NCBI GenBank assembly: GCA_963674705.1
Contig: OY771506.1
Coordinates: 960,001 to 1,024,000 of the forward strand
Length of the DNA stretch: 64,000 bases
Origin: Phycisphaeraceae bacterium
GTDB taxonomy: Bacteria > Planctomycetota > Phycisphaerae > Phycisphaerales > Phycisphaeraceae
Reading direction: 5' to 3'
Program-made: the position numbers and the translations under genes
Part shown: piece after piece, positions 1 through 9,694 of the stretch
Numbering within the stretch: position 1 is the first letter of the stretch
Layout: each line of letters starts with the position of its first letter
The notes under the pieces: model-generated
The model's database searches: none
Told to the model about the DNA's origin: nothing
Seen by the model: only the letters and a program-made list of their open reading frames with translations

Positions 1-629
1 ACGGTTTGCGCGCAGAAGGTTATACCGTGGATACGCTGGATATCGGCGGCGGTTACGCTGCGGATTACGAATCGGGCAAGAGTCCGGCGTACACCTCCTA
101 TGCCGAGGCGATCATCCCGCTTGTTAAGGATAAGGGGTTGAAGGTCATCATCGAGCCGGGCCGAACGATCGCGGGCAACTCGGGCGTGCTGGCGTGTCAG
201 GTGCAGTACATCAAGACCGGCGGGAGCAAGACATTTGCGATCGTGGATACGGGGATGCACCACCTGATCCGGCCGTCGTTCTACGAAGGGTTCCACTTCG
301 CCTGGCCGACACAGGTCGCGAAGGAATACGAGCCGAAGAAGCGAGCGATGGAGATGGATATGCCGGGCCTGCAGGCGTACGACGTGGTCGGGCCGATCTG
401 CGAAACATCCGACACGCTGGCGAAGGACCGGAAGCTGCCGCCCTTGAAGCGTGGCGACGGTTTGTGCTTCTTTACGGCCGGGGCGTACGGGATGGTGATG
501 GCGAGCAACTACAATGCCATGCCGCGTCCGGCGGAGATCCTGGTCGATGGGAGCGAAGCCACGGTCATCCGCCGACGGGAAACCTACGACGACCTGGTCG
601 AGCAGGAACGGGACGTGGTTAGGGTATAG
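1..629 (+). CDS. lysA: Diaminopimelate decarboxylase, 5'-truncated by the window edge
   Basis: Motifs LDIGGG, IIEPGR, VVGPICETSD and AGAYG..MASNYN of the PLP-dependent Orn/DAP/Arg decarboxylase C-terminal half; stop TAG at 627-629. Confidence 0.9.
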   Translation, partial: GLRAEGYTVDTLDIGGGYAADYESGKSPAYTSYAEAIIPLVKDKGLKVIIEPGRTIAGNSGVLACQVQYIKTGGSKTFAIVDTGMHHLIRPSFYEGFHFAWPTQVAKEYEPKKRAMEMDMPGLQAYDVVGPICETSDTLAKDRKLPPLKRGDGLCFFTAGAYGMVMASNYNAMPRPAEILVDGSEATVIRRRETYDDLVEQERDVVRV

Positions 630-870
630 GGTGTGGGGAATTGTATTTATGATTTGGGATTGATGATTTGGGATTTGTGCTAATGGCTAACGGCTTTCCC
701 TCCCCCCAACGCCGGTTCTGAGCGAAGCGAAGGGCCGGGTATCTTCTCGGGTATCGGGCGTCGGATATCGAGTCCATTTTATTCCACCGACTCACCTGCT
801 CGACCCCCTCCTGCTTTAATCCTGGGTGTCGGAAGGATTCTATTTCCAGTTTTTTACTCCCCTGCTTTCC
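620..870. repeat. Modular intergenic repeat element, copy 1
   Basis: GGGTGT arm, TTTATGATTTGGGATTGATGATTT block, GCTAATG heptamers, core CCCCCCAACGCCGGTTCTGAGCGAAGCGAAGGGCCGGGT (702-740), then CGGGTAT units; same module order at 2641 and 8509. Confidence 0.85.
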
Positions 871-898
871 TCCCCCTAACCGGTTACAATGCGTGACC

Positions 899-2638
899 AT
901 GGCGCATTTAGAAGTTCATACCCGATCGGGCGTTAAACGCTGCAATCTTGCTGCCAACAAGGTTACGATCGGTCGGCACGCCAGTAATTCGGTCGCTATC
1001 GAAGACGACAAACTCATCAGCCGACACCACTGCCAGATCGAATGGTCGAACAACGGTTACGTGCTGCGCGATCTGGATTCGCGTAACGGCACGAAGATCG
1101 ACGGGCTGGATATCGTCTCGGTCGTGCTGCGCACGGGTACGGTGTTCCAGGTCGGGACCACGAGCGTAAAGTTCATTGATGATGGCCAGACGGTGCAGGT
1201 CGCTGCGAACCAGTTGCCGCATGCCGATCCGAGCAAACGGCGTGGCAGCCTGTCGGACACGATGGCGGACAGCATGGAAGCGATCGACATCGAGGTCGGC
1301 GAGCCGGTGATTCTCGACGAAAGCGAAGGACCGGTGCCCGGCAGCTACGGCATCGGTTCATTTACGGCACTGCTGAAGGTCGGCAAGGATGTGCCTTACG
1401 GGCTATCCAAGGTCGCGTTGATCAATGCACGCGGTCAGACGGTGCACAGCGCGGTCGGCGCGGAAAAACGCGGCGCGTCCAGTGCCGAGGCGCTGGACAT
1501 CATGCGGCTATTGTTGATGGGCTGTATCCGTTCGGGCGCATCGGATATCCACATGGAGCCGAAGCGTGAGGGCGGGCTGGTGCGTTTGCGCATCGACGGC
1601 GCGATGGTCGAGGTCTCGAAGGTGGATACCGAGACGTATCGCCGACTGTCGAGCCTGGTGAAAGTGCTTGGCGATATCGACATCGCGAAGCGCGGCATCG
1701 TGCAGGAGGGCCACTTCTCCGTGCAGGTGCCGGACAGGCGGATCGACTACCGCATCAGCTTTACGCCTTCGATGTTCGGGCAAAAGCTGGTTGTGCGTGT
1801 GCTGGACCCGAAGAACGCGCCGCAGCACCTGACCGATATGTACCTGCCGGACTGGATGTACACACGCATCCGCGATTTGACCCGGCAGAACACCGGCATG
1901 CTGCTGAACTGCGGGCCGACCGGCTCGGGCAAGACGACGACGCTGTACGCGGCGCTGCGTCAGATCGATTCAAACCAACGTAACGTGATCACGATCGAAG
2001 ACCCGGTCGAGTACGAGTTGGCGGGTGTGACGCAGATCCCGGTGGATGAAGATCAGGGGCAAAGCTTCCATCAGCTATTGCGTTCGTGCTTGCGGCAGGA
2101 CCCGGACATCATCGTGCTGGGCGAAATCCGCGACCGCGACACCGCAACCGCTGCGATGCAGGCGGCGAGTACCGGGCACCTTGTTTTGTCGACCGTGCAC
2201 GCGAAGGACACGATCGGCACGATCTTCCGTCTGATCGATCTTGGCGTTGAGCCTTACTTGATCGCTTCGACGCTGAACCTCGTGCTTGCCCAACGTCTTG
2301 CACGACTGCTTTGCGAGTACTGCAAGGTGCCCAAGCGCCCGACGCCCGAGCAGGTGATGCGTATGGGCCGAAGCACGACCGGGATCGAAACGGTCTACGC
2401 GCCCGGCGGCTGCGCCAAGTGCTTCGGCACGGGCTACCAGGGCAGGCAAGGTGTGTACGAATTACTGACCACCAACGACGCCCTGCGCGATGTCATCATG
2501 AAAACACCGGACATCGGCGCGATCCGCAAAGCCATCGACCTGACCATGTTCACCAGCCTCAAAGAAGCAGGCTACGACATGGTGATCCGCGGCGAGACGT
2601 CACTGGAAGAGATCGAGCGTGTGATCGGGATGGATTGA
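899..2638 (+). CDS. FHA-domain-containing GspE/PilB-family secretion or pilus assembly ATPase
   Basis: N-terminal FHA (IGR, ISRHH, SRNGT); ASDIHMEP; Walker A GPTGSGKT; TIEDPVE; LRQDPDIIVLGEIRD; His box; CxxC...CxxC. ATG 899 chosen (GTG 893 is an alternative). Confidence 0.9.
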   Translation: MAHLEVHTRSGVKRCNLAANKVTIGRHASNSVAIEDDKLISRHHCQIEWSNNGYVLRDLDSRNGTKIDGLDIVSVVLRTGTVFQVGTTSVKFIDDGQTVQVAANQLPHADPSKRRGSLSDTMADSMEAIDIEVGEPVILDESEGPVPGSYGIGSFTALLKVGKDVPYGLSKVALINARGQTVHSAVGAEKRGASSAEALDIMRLLLMGCIRSGASDIHMEPKREGGLVRLRIDGAMVEVSKVDTETYRRLSSLVKVLGDIDIAKRGIVQEGHFSVQVPDRRIDYRISFTPSMFGQKLVVRVLDPKNAPQHLTDMYLPDWMYTRIRDLTRQNTGMLLNCGPTGSGKTTTLYAALRQIDSNQRNVITIEDPVEYELAGVTQIPVDEDQGQSFHQLLRSCLRQDPDIIVLGEIRDRDTATAAMQAASTGHLVLSTVHAKDTIGTIFRLIDLGVEPYLIASTLNLVLAQRLARLLCEYCKVPKRPTPEQVMRMGRSTTGIETVYAPGGCAKCFGTGYQGRQGVYELLTTNDALRDVIMKTPDIGAIRKAIDLTMFTSLKEAGYDMVIRGETSLEEIERVIGMD

Positions 2639-2640
2639 GA

Positions 2641-2900
2641 TGGGGTGTGGGGTGTGGGGTGTGGGGTGTGGGGTGTGGGGTGTGGGGTGTGGGGATTGTA
2701 TTTATGATTTTGGATTGATGATTTGAGATTTGTGCTAATGGCTAATCGCTAATCGCTAAAGGCTAATGGCTCTTCCCCCCCAACGCCGGTTCTGAGCGAA
2801 GCGAAGGGCCGGGTAGTTTTCGGGTATCGGGTATCGGGTATCGGGTATCGGGTATCGGGTATCGGAAATTGTATTGCTAATGGCTAAAAGCTAACGGCTA
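2641..2900. repeat. Modular intergenic repeat element, copy 2, interrupted by IS630
   Basis: (TGGGGTG)x7.7 at 2641-2694, GATTT block, GCTAATG/GCTAATC units, core at 2775-2814, (CGGGTAT)x6 at 2821-2862; complementary C-rich arm continues after the IS at 3953-3987. Confidence 0.9.
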
Positions 2901-3941
2901 GAGCATCTTCCACGCCTCTGTAGCGCCCTTGTACACAAGTGATTATGCTGTGCCTTCAAGCAAGGAGGCTTTGATGAAGGCATACTCAATGGATCTGCGG
3001 AAGCGGGTGTTGGCGGCGTGTGATGCCGGGCACGGCACGCGTGAGGTGGCCAAGCGGTTCTCGGTCAGCGCCTCGTGGGTGCGTCGGCTCAAGCAACGGC
3101 GTCGTGAAGGCGAGGGGATCGCGCCGCGGCCTCAGGGCGGCGACTACGTCAGCCGGTTCGCCGGCAAAGACCTGCAGCGTGTACATGCGATGCTCAAGCA
3201 GAAGCCGGACACGACGCTGGATGCGTTGCGTGTGCGTTGCGAGCGTGAGCTGGGCATCCGTTGCGGGCTGGGCACGATGTGGCGGACGGTGCGTTGGAAG
3301 CTGGGGTGGACGTTTAAAAAAAGTCATTACGGCCCAGCGAGCAGGACCGCGCGGATGTGAAGCGTCAGCGTGTGAACTTCCGCATCGCCACGCGGTTCAT
3401 CGAGCCTAAGCAGCTTGTGTTCCTGGATGAATCGGGCGCGAGGACGAACATGACCCGCCTGCGGGGCTGGGCCGGACGCGGTTGCCGGCTGGACGCCGCG
3501 GCGCCGCACAGCCACTGGCGTACGACGACGATGCTCAGCGCGATCGGTTGTGAGGGTGTGATCCAACGGGCGACGCTGGCCTTCGACGGCGCGACGGATG
3601 CGGCGCTGTTCCGCGGCTACGTCGAGCGTTGCCTGGCCCCGGCGCTGAAGCAAGGCCAGATCGTGGTGATGGATAACCTGGCGTCGCACAAGGTGCGCGG
3701 GGTGCGTGAAGCGATCGAAGCGGCGGGCTGTGACCTGTGGTACTTACCGCCGTACTCACCGGACTTCAACCCGATCGAAAAGATGTGGAGCAAGGTCAAA
3801 GCCCTGCTGCGTGCCGCCGCCGCGCGGACCAGCGACAAACTGATTGAGGCGATCGGCCGGGCGTTGCGTGCGGTATCCCTGGACGAGTGCCGCAACTACT
3901 TCCGCAGCTGCGGGTATGCTACATGAGATTGGAAGACGCTC
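2901..3941 (+). mobile_element. IS630-family insertion sequence (1041 bp)
   Basis: Terminal inverted repeats GAGCATCTTCCA (2901-2912) and TGGAAGACGCTC (3930-3941), 11/12 match; TA on both sides (2899-2900, 3942-3943); transposase inside. Confidence 0.95.
2974..3926 (+). CDS. IS630 transposase in two ORFs (HTH 2974-3360; DDE to 3926) joined by a probable -1 frameshift
   Basis: AYSMDLRKRV HTH start; FLDESG, VVMDNLASHK, LPPYSPDFNPIEKMW; slippery TTTAAAAAAAG at 3313-3323 gives ...WTFKKSLRPSEQDRADV after -1. Confidence 0.92.
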
Positions 3942-4001
3942 TAATGGCTTTTCCCACCCCACGCCCTACACCCCAAACCCCAAACCCTATATCATCCTCC
4001 C

Positions 4002-5039
4002 ATGGCCACCGAACGCATAGTCTCCGGCAAGACGCGCACGCCCGGCGAAGAGGCGCTGAATCTGTCGCTGCGCCCGACGCTGCTGGATGATTATGTGGGC
4101 CAGCCCAAGCTGGTAGAGAAGCTGCGGATCACCCTGGAGGCGGTCAAGCAGCGCAACGAACCGATGGAACACGTGCTGCTGCATGGGCCACCGGGATTGG
4201 GCAAGACGACGCTTGCGCATGTGATCGCCAATGAGATGGATGCGCACCTGACGGTAACGAGCGGGCCGGCACTGACAAAGCCGGGCGACCTGGTGGGATT
4301 TTTGACGAAACTCCAGCGTGGGGATGTCTTGTTTATTGATGAGGTGCACCGTATGCCGGTGTCGCTGGAGGAGTATCTCTATTCCGCGATGGAGGATTTT
4401 AAGATCGATGTGACGGTCGATCAGGGGATGCACGCCAAGACAATCACGCTGCCACTTCAGCCGTTCACATTGATCGGCGCGACGACGCGCGCGGGGTTGA
4501 TCTCCGGGCCCATGCGTTCGCGGTTCGGCTTGACGCATAACCTTGACTTCTACCCACAGGATGACTTATTGCAGATACTGCGGCGCAGCGCGGGCCTGCT
4601 GGATATGAATCCGACGAATGAACCTTTGCAGGCCATCGCCTCGCGCTCGCGCGGCACGCCACGTATCGCTAACCGACTGCTTCGGCGAATCCGCGACTAC
4701 TCACAGGTCAAACACAAAGGCAAACTCGATGCGGCTATCGTCGACGATGCGCTGAAACTCGAAGGCGTCGACGACCTGGGCCTCGATGAACTGGACCGCA
4801 AGTACCTGCGCGTCATCGCCGAAACCTACGAGGGCGGCCCCGTCGGCGTCGAAGCCATCGCGGCCACACTGGGTGAGGATTCGGGAACACTGGAAGAAGT
4901 CTGCGAGCCTTACCTGTTACAGATCGGCTTCCTGGCCCGCACACGCAAGGGCCGACAACTCACCAAGGCCGCGGCGGAACATCTGGGCATACAATTGGCT
5001 GTGCATGAAACAGACAACGATCTGTTTGAACAGACCTGA
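4002..5039 (+). CDS. ruvB: Holliday junction branch migration helicase RuvB
   Basis: LRP..DYVGQ, GPPGLGKTTLA, LFIDEVHR, GATTRAG, SRGTPRIANRLLRR, EPYLLQIG. Confidence 0.97.
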   Translation: MATERIVSGKTRTPGEEALNLSLRPTLLDDYVGQPKLVEKLRITLEAVKQRNEPMEHVLLHGPPGLGKTTLAHVIANEMDAHLTVTSGPALTKPGDLVGFLTKLQRGDVLFIDEVHRMPVSLEEYLYSAMEDFKIDVTVDQGMHAKTITLPLQPFTLIGATTRAGLISGPMRSRFGLTHNLDFYPQDDLLQILRRSAGLLDMNPTNEPLQAIASRSRGTPRIANRLLRRIRDYSQVKHKGKLDAAIVDDALKLEGVDDLGLDELDRKYLRVIAETYEGGPVGVEAIAATLGEDSGTLEEVCEPYLLQIGFLARTRKGRQLTKAAAEHLGIQLAVHETDNDLFEQT

Positions 5040-5061
5040 TACTCAAGATAAGGGCGGAAAA

Positions 5062-5772
5062 ATGAAATACAGGAAAATGCGTGCTGTCGTATGCCTGTTG
5101 GCGTTGCTTGTTTGCGCGGTGGCTGCGCCGGTCGCGCAGGCAGGGAAGTCGGACGGGCAGAAACTCGCGAAAGAGGTTGCTCGAGTGTACGGCCTGAAGC
5201 AGTGGGATAAGGTGGCGGAGGTGAAGTACACGTTTAGAGTAAAGACGGAGACGCGTGATGTGGCGCGGCACTGGACGTGGCGGCCTAAGGATGATCTGGT
5301 GACGCTCGAAGAAGAAGGCAAGCCGACCATCATGTATAAGCGCAGCGAACTCAATGAAAATACATCCGAGGATGTGATTACCGCGGACAAGCGGTTTATC
5401 AATGACAGCTACTGGTTCCTGTTCCCGTTCCAGTTGGTATGGTCGAACCCGTCGTTTACGGATGAGGGGATGACGAAGTTGCCGATGGGCGAGGGCGAGG
5501 GGCGGAAGCTGATCGTACAGTATCCGGACGAGGGTGGGTATACGCCGGGCGATGCGTATGACATTTATCTGGATGAGGACCACATGATCACGCACTGGGT
5601 CTTCCGCCGCGGCGGCGGCGATGAGGGCGGCGCGATGACGTGGGAAGCGAACAAGCAGCTCGGACCGATCAAGGTCTGTACGGACCATCACAATCCGGAG
5701 GGGACGTTCAGGTTGTTTTTTGATGGGATCAGTCTGACGACGGTGGATGGGAAGATGTACGAACCCGAGTGA
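5062..5772 (+). CDS. Secreted hypothetical protein
   Basis: ATG 5062 after a purine-rich tract; signal peptide ending VAQA; family-like motifs FINDSYWFLFPF and GGYTPGDAY. Confidence 0.7.
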   Translation: MKYRKMRAVVCLLALLVCAVAAPVAQAGKSDGQKLAKEVARVYGLKQWDKVAEVKYTFRVKTETRDVARHWTWRPKDDLVTLEEEGKPTIMYKRSELNENTSEDVITADKRFINDSYWFLFPFQLVWSNPSFTDEGMTKLPMGEGEGRKLIVQYPDEGGYTPGDAYDIYLDEDHMITHWVFRRGGGDEGGAMTWEANKQLGPIKVCTDHHNPEGTFRLFFDGISLTTVDGKMYEPE

Positions 5773-5792
5773 TACGTTTTCAGGTGGCAATC

Positions 5793-5827
5793 AAAAAAAA
5801 GCCGCACGCGGAAGTGTGGGGGTTTTT
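5793..5827. terminator. Possible bidirectional intrinsic terminator
   Basis: A8-GCCGCACGC-GGAA-GTGTGGGGG-T5; imperfect stem between convergent genes. Confidence 0.4.
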
Positions 5828-5895
5828 GTTATGCCTGGTGTTGTGGTTGTGTTATGGGCGAGCAAGCTCGCTCGCTAAACGGGAGGAGTTGTGCC

Positions 5896-6417
5896 TTACT
5901 CACGAATATGTCGCGCCTCGTTGATCCATCGTTGATAGATGGGGCGTGCGCCGGGTGGGTATTGCGCGCAATCCAGTACTTCATTTACATCAACTAGTCG
6001 GCGGTCGGTTGTCTCGTGTTGTGATTCCCATGGCAAGAGGGTCACGTTTGCACACCACAGGGCGCGGACGAGTACGAGCCCCTGTTCGTGGCCTTGAACA
6101 CATTCACCTTGTACGAAACCCAATAGCGTTGCGTGTTCCAAACGCGCACATGCTTCCTCGTTGACTTCCCGTTCAAGTGTCGTCAGCCAGTCTTCATCGT
6201 CGATCGGTCGGCCGCCGGGAAAGCCCCATGTGTTGCCATGATCCGAACTCACGAGCACGATCTGATTGTCGGGCGTGAAACAAACGACTGCTGAGCCGTG
6301 GCGTTTGCCGTCGGGTGGACCTTCCTCGGGTGGATACCAGATAGCGATCCATTGCTGACCCGTATCGTTGAAACGGATGACTTGTTTATCTTGCGCGATG
6401 ATAGGTTTGCCACTCAA
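5896..6417 (-). CDS. NUDIX hydrolase
   Basis: Nudix box GGRPIDDEDWLTTLEREVNEEA; start uncertain. Confidence 0.85.
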   Translation of the reverse strand: MSGKPIIAQDKQVIRFNDTGQQWIAIWYPPEEGPPDGKRHGSAVVCFTPDNQIVLVSSDHGNTWGFPGGRPIDDEDWLTTLEREVNEEACARLEHATLLGFVQGECVQGHEQGLVLVRALWCANVTLLPWESQHETTDRRLVDVNEVLDCAQYPPGARPIYQRWINEARHIRE

Positions 6418-6435
6418 GATTTTTGCTCTTCACGA

Positions 6436-7311
6436 TCAACTCTTACTCACAAACGCGTCGCCGAAGGTGGAGGCGTCGATGTTTGGGGGGAGGCTGCGGT
6501 TGGTGGCGAAGTTGAAGAGCAGGGCTTTGAAGACGACGCCGGCGGCGCTGTTGACGGCTGTGCCGATGGCGAAGAGGACGACGGCGACGGCGATCGCGGC
6601 GATCAGGCCGCCCGGGCCCATGGATTTGGTCGCGAGCCAGATCAGGCCGCCACCTATCAAGACGATGGGCAGGATGACGAGCATGCCGAGGAAACCGAGC
6701 GAGAACCCGCCGACCAGCGCGGTCCCCCACTGCTTCTTGAGTGTGCCGACGGATTGTTTGAAGGCTTCGACCGGACCCGCGCCGTCCACGACGATGACAG
6801 GCACGACGAAGTAGGTCAACGCGGTCCAGGCGCTGCCGAGGATGGCGGAGATGATCTGGCCGGCTTTTTCGTGTGCGTTTTCGATGATCTGCAGGATGAC
6901 GCCGACGATCGCGGAAACAAACGCCCAGGCGATGATCTGCGGCAGACGTTTGAAGGCCATGGCTAAACCGTCACCGATACTCGCGTCTTCGCCGTTGATC
7001 ACGCGCATGGCGCAGGCGGTCAGTGCGGAGTTGAAGAAGACGATGACGAAGTAGTTGCAGAAGTAGAACGCGAAGAGGATGACGTAGAGCAGGATGTTGT
7101 TGGCCTGTGACTGCGCCGCCTGTGGATCGTCGGTTGCATTGGCAAGTTGATCGAGCATGCCGCTCGTCCACAAGGGCAGCAGGAAACTGGCGATCACGAT
7201 GATGGCGGCGATGGAGGAGAGGATCGGGAAGATGACCAGTTGCTTGTTTTCCCAGATCACACCGTAACTGATCTTGGCGTATTCCCAACTACGGCTGAGT
7301 GTTGCAAACAT
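6436..7311 (-). CDS. Polytopic membrane protein, DUF6159-like
   Basis: About 6 hydrophobic helices; motifs YFVIVFFNSAL and AWTALTYFVVPVIV; SD-like AGGGG upstream. Confidence 0.7.
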   Translation of the reverse strand: MFATLSRSWEYAKISYGVIWENKQLVIFPILSSIAAIIVIASFLLPLWTSGMLDQLANATDDPQAAQSQANNILLYVILFAFYFCNYFVIVFFNSALTACAMRVINGEDASIGDGLAMAFKRLPQIIAWAFVSAIVGVILQIIENAHEKAGQIISAILGSAWTALTYFVVPVIVVDGAGPVEAFKQSVGTLKKQWGTALVGGFSLGFLGMLVILPIVLIGGGLIWLATKSMGPGGLIAAIAVAVVLFAIGTAVNSAAGVVFKALLFNFATNRSLPPNIDASTFGDAFVSKS

Positions 7312-7397
7312 GAGATGTCCCCTAAACGGATAGTGTTATCGATTTAACAAGCCTTTACATGAATAGCATACGCTATCTTGTCTTCGTCAGGAAGAAG

Positions 7398-8504
7398 TTA
7401 ATGGCTTGAACCTTGCAGGGAGGCGATATAGCCGATCGCCGTGTAGGCGATGTACATGACAACCAGCGGTGCGCCCATCCAGCGGGAGAAGTTGCCCACT
7501 TTTGTGGCGCGGCTGATGTAGATGCGGAAGAGCGCCAGCATGATGAGCATGGTCGGCAGGTGCAGCCAGAGGAAGATGTGTGATGCGCTTACCGCTTCAG
7601 CTTCAACGATGGGCAGCGGTTTGGCGAGCGAAGCTGCGCCGATGACGAACAGGACATTGAGGATGTCTGCGCCGATGACGTTGCCGACGAGCAGTTCGGC
7701 GTGGCCCTTGCGGATGGCGGTGATGCCGACGACCAGTTCGGGCAGTGATGTGCCGAAGGCGACGAGTGTCGCGGCGATCACGGCCTGCGGGACGCCCCAG
7801 TAGACCGCCACTTCACTGACCGAAGATACCAGCGCATCGCCCGAGACAATGACGATCGCGAGGCCGATCAAACCCGTCACGATCAGCATGGGCATTGATT
7901 TTGGCGTATCGGGGACATCGGTGGCGGGGACGTGTTCGGTGGCGTCGTTGCCGATGTGGTCGATCAGGTGCGGCGCGCCGTGGGCGTGTTGCCTGCTCCA
8001 CTTGACGGACATGTACATGTAGACGACAAGCAACGTGACCAGTAGCGCGCCGACGGATCGGCCGAGTTGTGCGGCATCCCGTTGCACGGCAAATAAGATG
8101 TAACAGATCGCGGCCAGCAACACGGCAGAGCCGAACTGCACCCAGCCCTGGCGGTTGAGCACGAACTTGTCGGCGGGCAGTTGCGTCATCAGGCATCCCA
8201 GACCGAAGATCAGACCGGTGTCCGCGATGATGGAACCGACGCCATTACCCAGCGCAAGGCCCGCATCCCCCTGCCACGCGGCAAGCACGGACACAGCCGC
8301 CTCGGGGCTGGTCGTGCCCAGCGAAACGATGGTCGCGCCGATGATGACCTTGGGCATACCTAGCCGTGACGCGATCCCCGCAGCGCCATCCACAAGCCAG
8401 TCCGCGCCCTTGATAACGCCGGCCATCGCGACGACGGCGATGAAAAGTAAGAGCCATTGGTTTTTGTCGGCAAACCAGTATTCGGGGAGGATGGCAAGGG
8501 TCAT
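7398..8504 (-). CDS. Calcium/sodium antiporter (YrbG/CaCA family)
   Basis: Two alpha repeats GTTSPE and GTSLPE, GNGVGS and GNVIGA, about 10 TM helices. Confidence 0.92.
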   Translation of the reverse strand: MTLAILPEYWFADKNQWLLLFIAVVAMAGVIKGADWLVDGAAGIASRLGMPKVIIGATIVSLGTTSPEAAVSVLAAWQGDAGLALGNGVGSIIADTGLIFGLGCLMTQLPADKFVLNRQGWVQFGSAVLLAAICYILFAVQRDAAQLGRSVGALLVTLLVVYMYMSVKWSRQHAHGAPHLIDHIGNDATEHVPATDVPDTPKSMPMLIVTGLIGLAIVIVSGDALVSSVSEVAVYWGVPQAVIAATLVAFGTSLPELVVGITAIRKGHAELLVGNVIGADILNVLFVIGAASLAKPLPIVEAEAVSASHIFLWLHLPTMLIMLALFRIYISRATKVGNFSRWMGAPLVVMYIAYTAIGYIASLQGSSH

Positions 8505-8508
8505 GGTG

Positions 8509-8783
8509 GGGTGTAGGGTGTAGGGTGTAGGGTGTAGGGTGTAGGGTGTAGGGTGTAGGGGATTGTATTTATGATTTAGGATTGATGATTTAGGATTTGT
8601 GCTAATGGCTAACAGCTAAAGGCTAATGGCTTTGCCCCCCCAACGCCGGTTCTGATCGCAGCGAAGGGCCGGGTGGTTTTCGGGTATCGGGTATCGGGTA
8701 TCGGTTTTCGGGTATCGGGTATCGGGTATCGGGTATCGGATTTTATTTTCTGTGTTTTCTGCTTTTCTGCGTTTTCTGCTTTT
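8509..8783. repeat. Modular intergenic repeat element, copy 3
   Basis: (GGGTGTA)x7 at 8509-8557, GATTT block, GCTAATG units, core at 8635-8674, CGGGTAT units at 8681-8738, TTTTCTGC units to 8783. Confidence 0.9.
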
Positions 8784-9694
8784 CACTCCGGGGGTCCGAC
8801 GACGCCGATGGCGAAGGCGCTGCGGATGAGGCGATCGAGTTTTTCGCGGCCGCAGAGCAGTTCACTGCGTTTCCAGAGCCATTCGGCGAGTTCCCGTCGG
8901 CCGGCGCGTTTGGCGGAGGCGGTGAGCATGGCGTGCATCGCGCCGCAGTGTTCGGCGGGCATGAGTTCAGCCATCAGGAGTTTTTGGCGGATATCGTGCA
9001 GCGCGGCGCGGTCGTGGCCGCCGAGTACTTCGTAGCGTGTCTGGATGGCTAGGCGTTGCAGACGTTCGGCGATGTTGAGCGGTTCGCCTTGCAGGGCCGA
9101 GAGCGCCATGTATGCGCCGTAAAGATCGTGGCACTGCATGCTGGCTTCGGCGAGCATCAACAATAGCGAACCGCGCTGCCGGCGTGCGGGACCGAGCGGT
9201 TTACTGAGTACCGCCTGGCAGATCATGGCCGACTCGGCGAAGCGGTGCTGGCGGTGGCGGATCGCGGCGAGCCGGTGATACAAGAGTAAGCGCAGCCAGG
9301 GCATCAGCGGGTACTTGTTCAACATGTTTGCCAGGTGCGCTTCTGCCGCGGCGGGGTCCTGGCCGATCATCGCGGTCACGTGCGGCAGCATGCGCCATAC
9401 ATTTGCGCCGATCGAACCAATTCCCATCCACAGGAACAACACCAGTATCACGAGCATCAGACCGAGTGTTGTATTGGACTGATCGAGGATGAGCAGAAAC
9501 AATAACGCCAGCAGCGCCAGGACCAACATGCCCCGGCGCAGGACCAGGTCGATCAGGCATTCGCGCTCGAATCGCTCGGGCGAGAAGGTAACCGAATCGC
9601 GCGGTGCATCTTTGGGAGCACGATCATGCTGCGCGGTTTCATCGCTGTTGCCTTCGTCTTGCCGGGGCGGTTCTTGTAACGGTTGTTCGCTCAC
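8783..9694 (-). CDS. Hypothetical membrane protein with two TM helices and a TPR-like helical region
   Basis: Probable GTG start overlapping the upstream stop (GTGA at 9691-9694); TM hairpin followed by Ala/Leu-rich helices. Confidence 0.65.
   Translation of the reverse strand: MSEQPLQEPPRQDEGNSDETAQHDRAPKDAPRDSVTFSPERFERECLIDLVLRRGMLVLALLALLFLLILDQSNTTLGLMLVILVLFLWMGIGSIGANVWRMLPHVTAMIGQDPAAAEAHLANMLNKYPLMPWLRLLLYHRLAAIRHRQHRFAESAMICQAVLSKPLGPARRQRGSLLLMLAEASMQCHDLYGAYMALSALQGEPLNIAERLQRLAIQTRYEVLGGHDRAALHDIRQKLLMAELMPAEHCGAMHAMLTASAKRAGRRELAEWLWKRSELLCGREKLDRLIRSAFAIGVVGPPE

Noticed and set aside
2641..2865. Heptamer arrays as a CRISPR array
   Set aside because: Units are contiguous with no unique spacers, and no cas genes are present
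5793..5895. Integron attC site after the NUDIX gene
   Set aside because: RYYYAAC-like words are present, but there is no matching GTTRRRY end, cassette array or integrase
8673..9035. ORF with GYRVSGIG repeats
   Set aside because: Translation of the CGGGTAT array running antisense into a real gene
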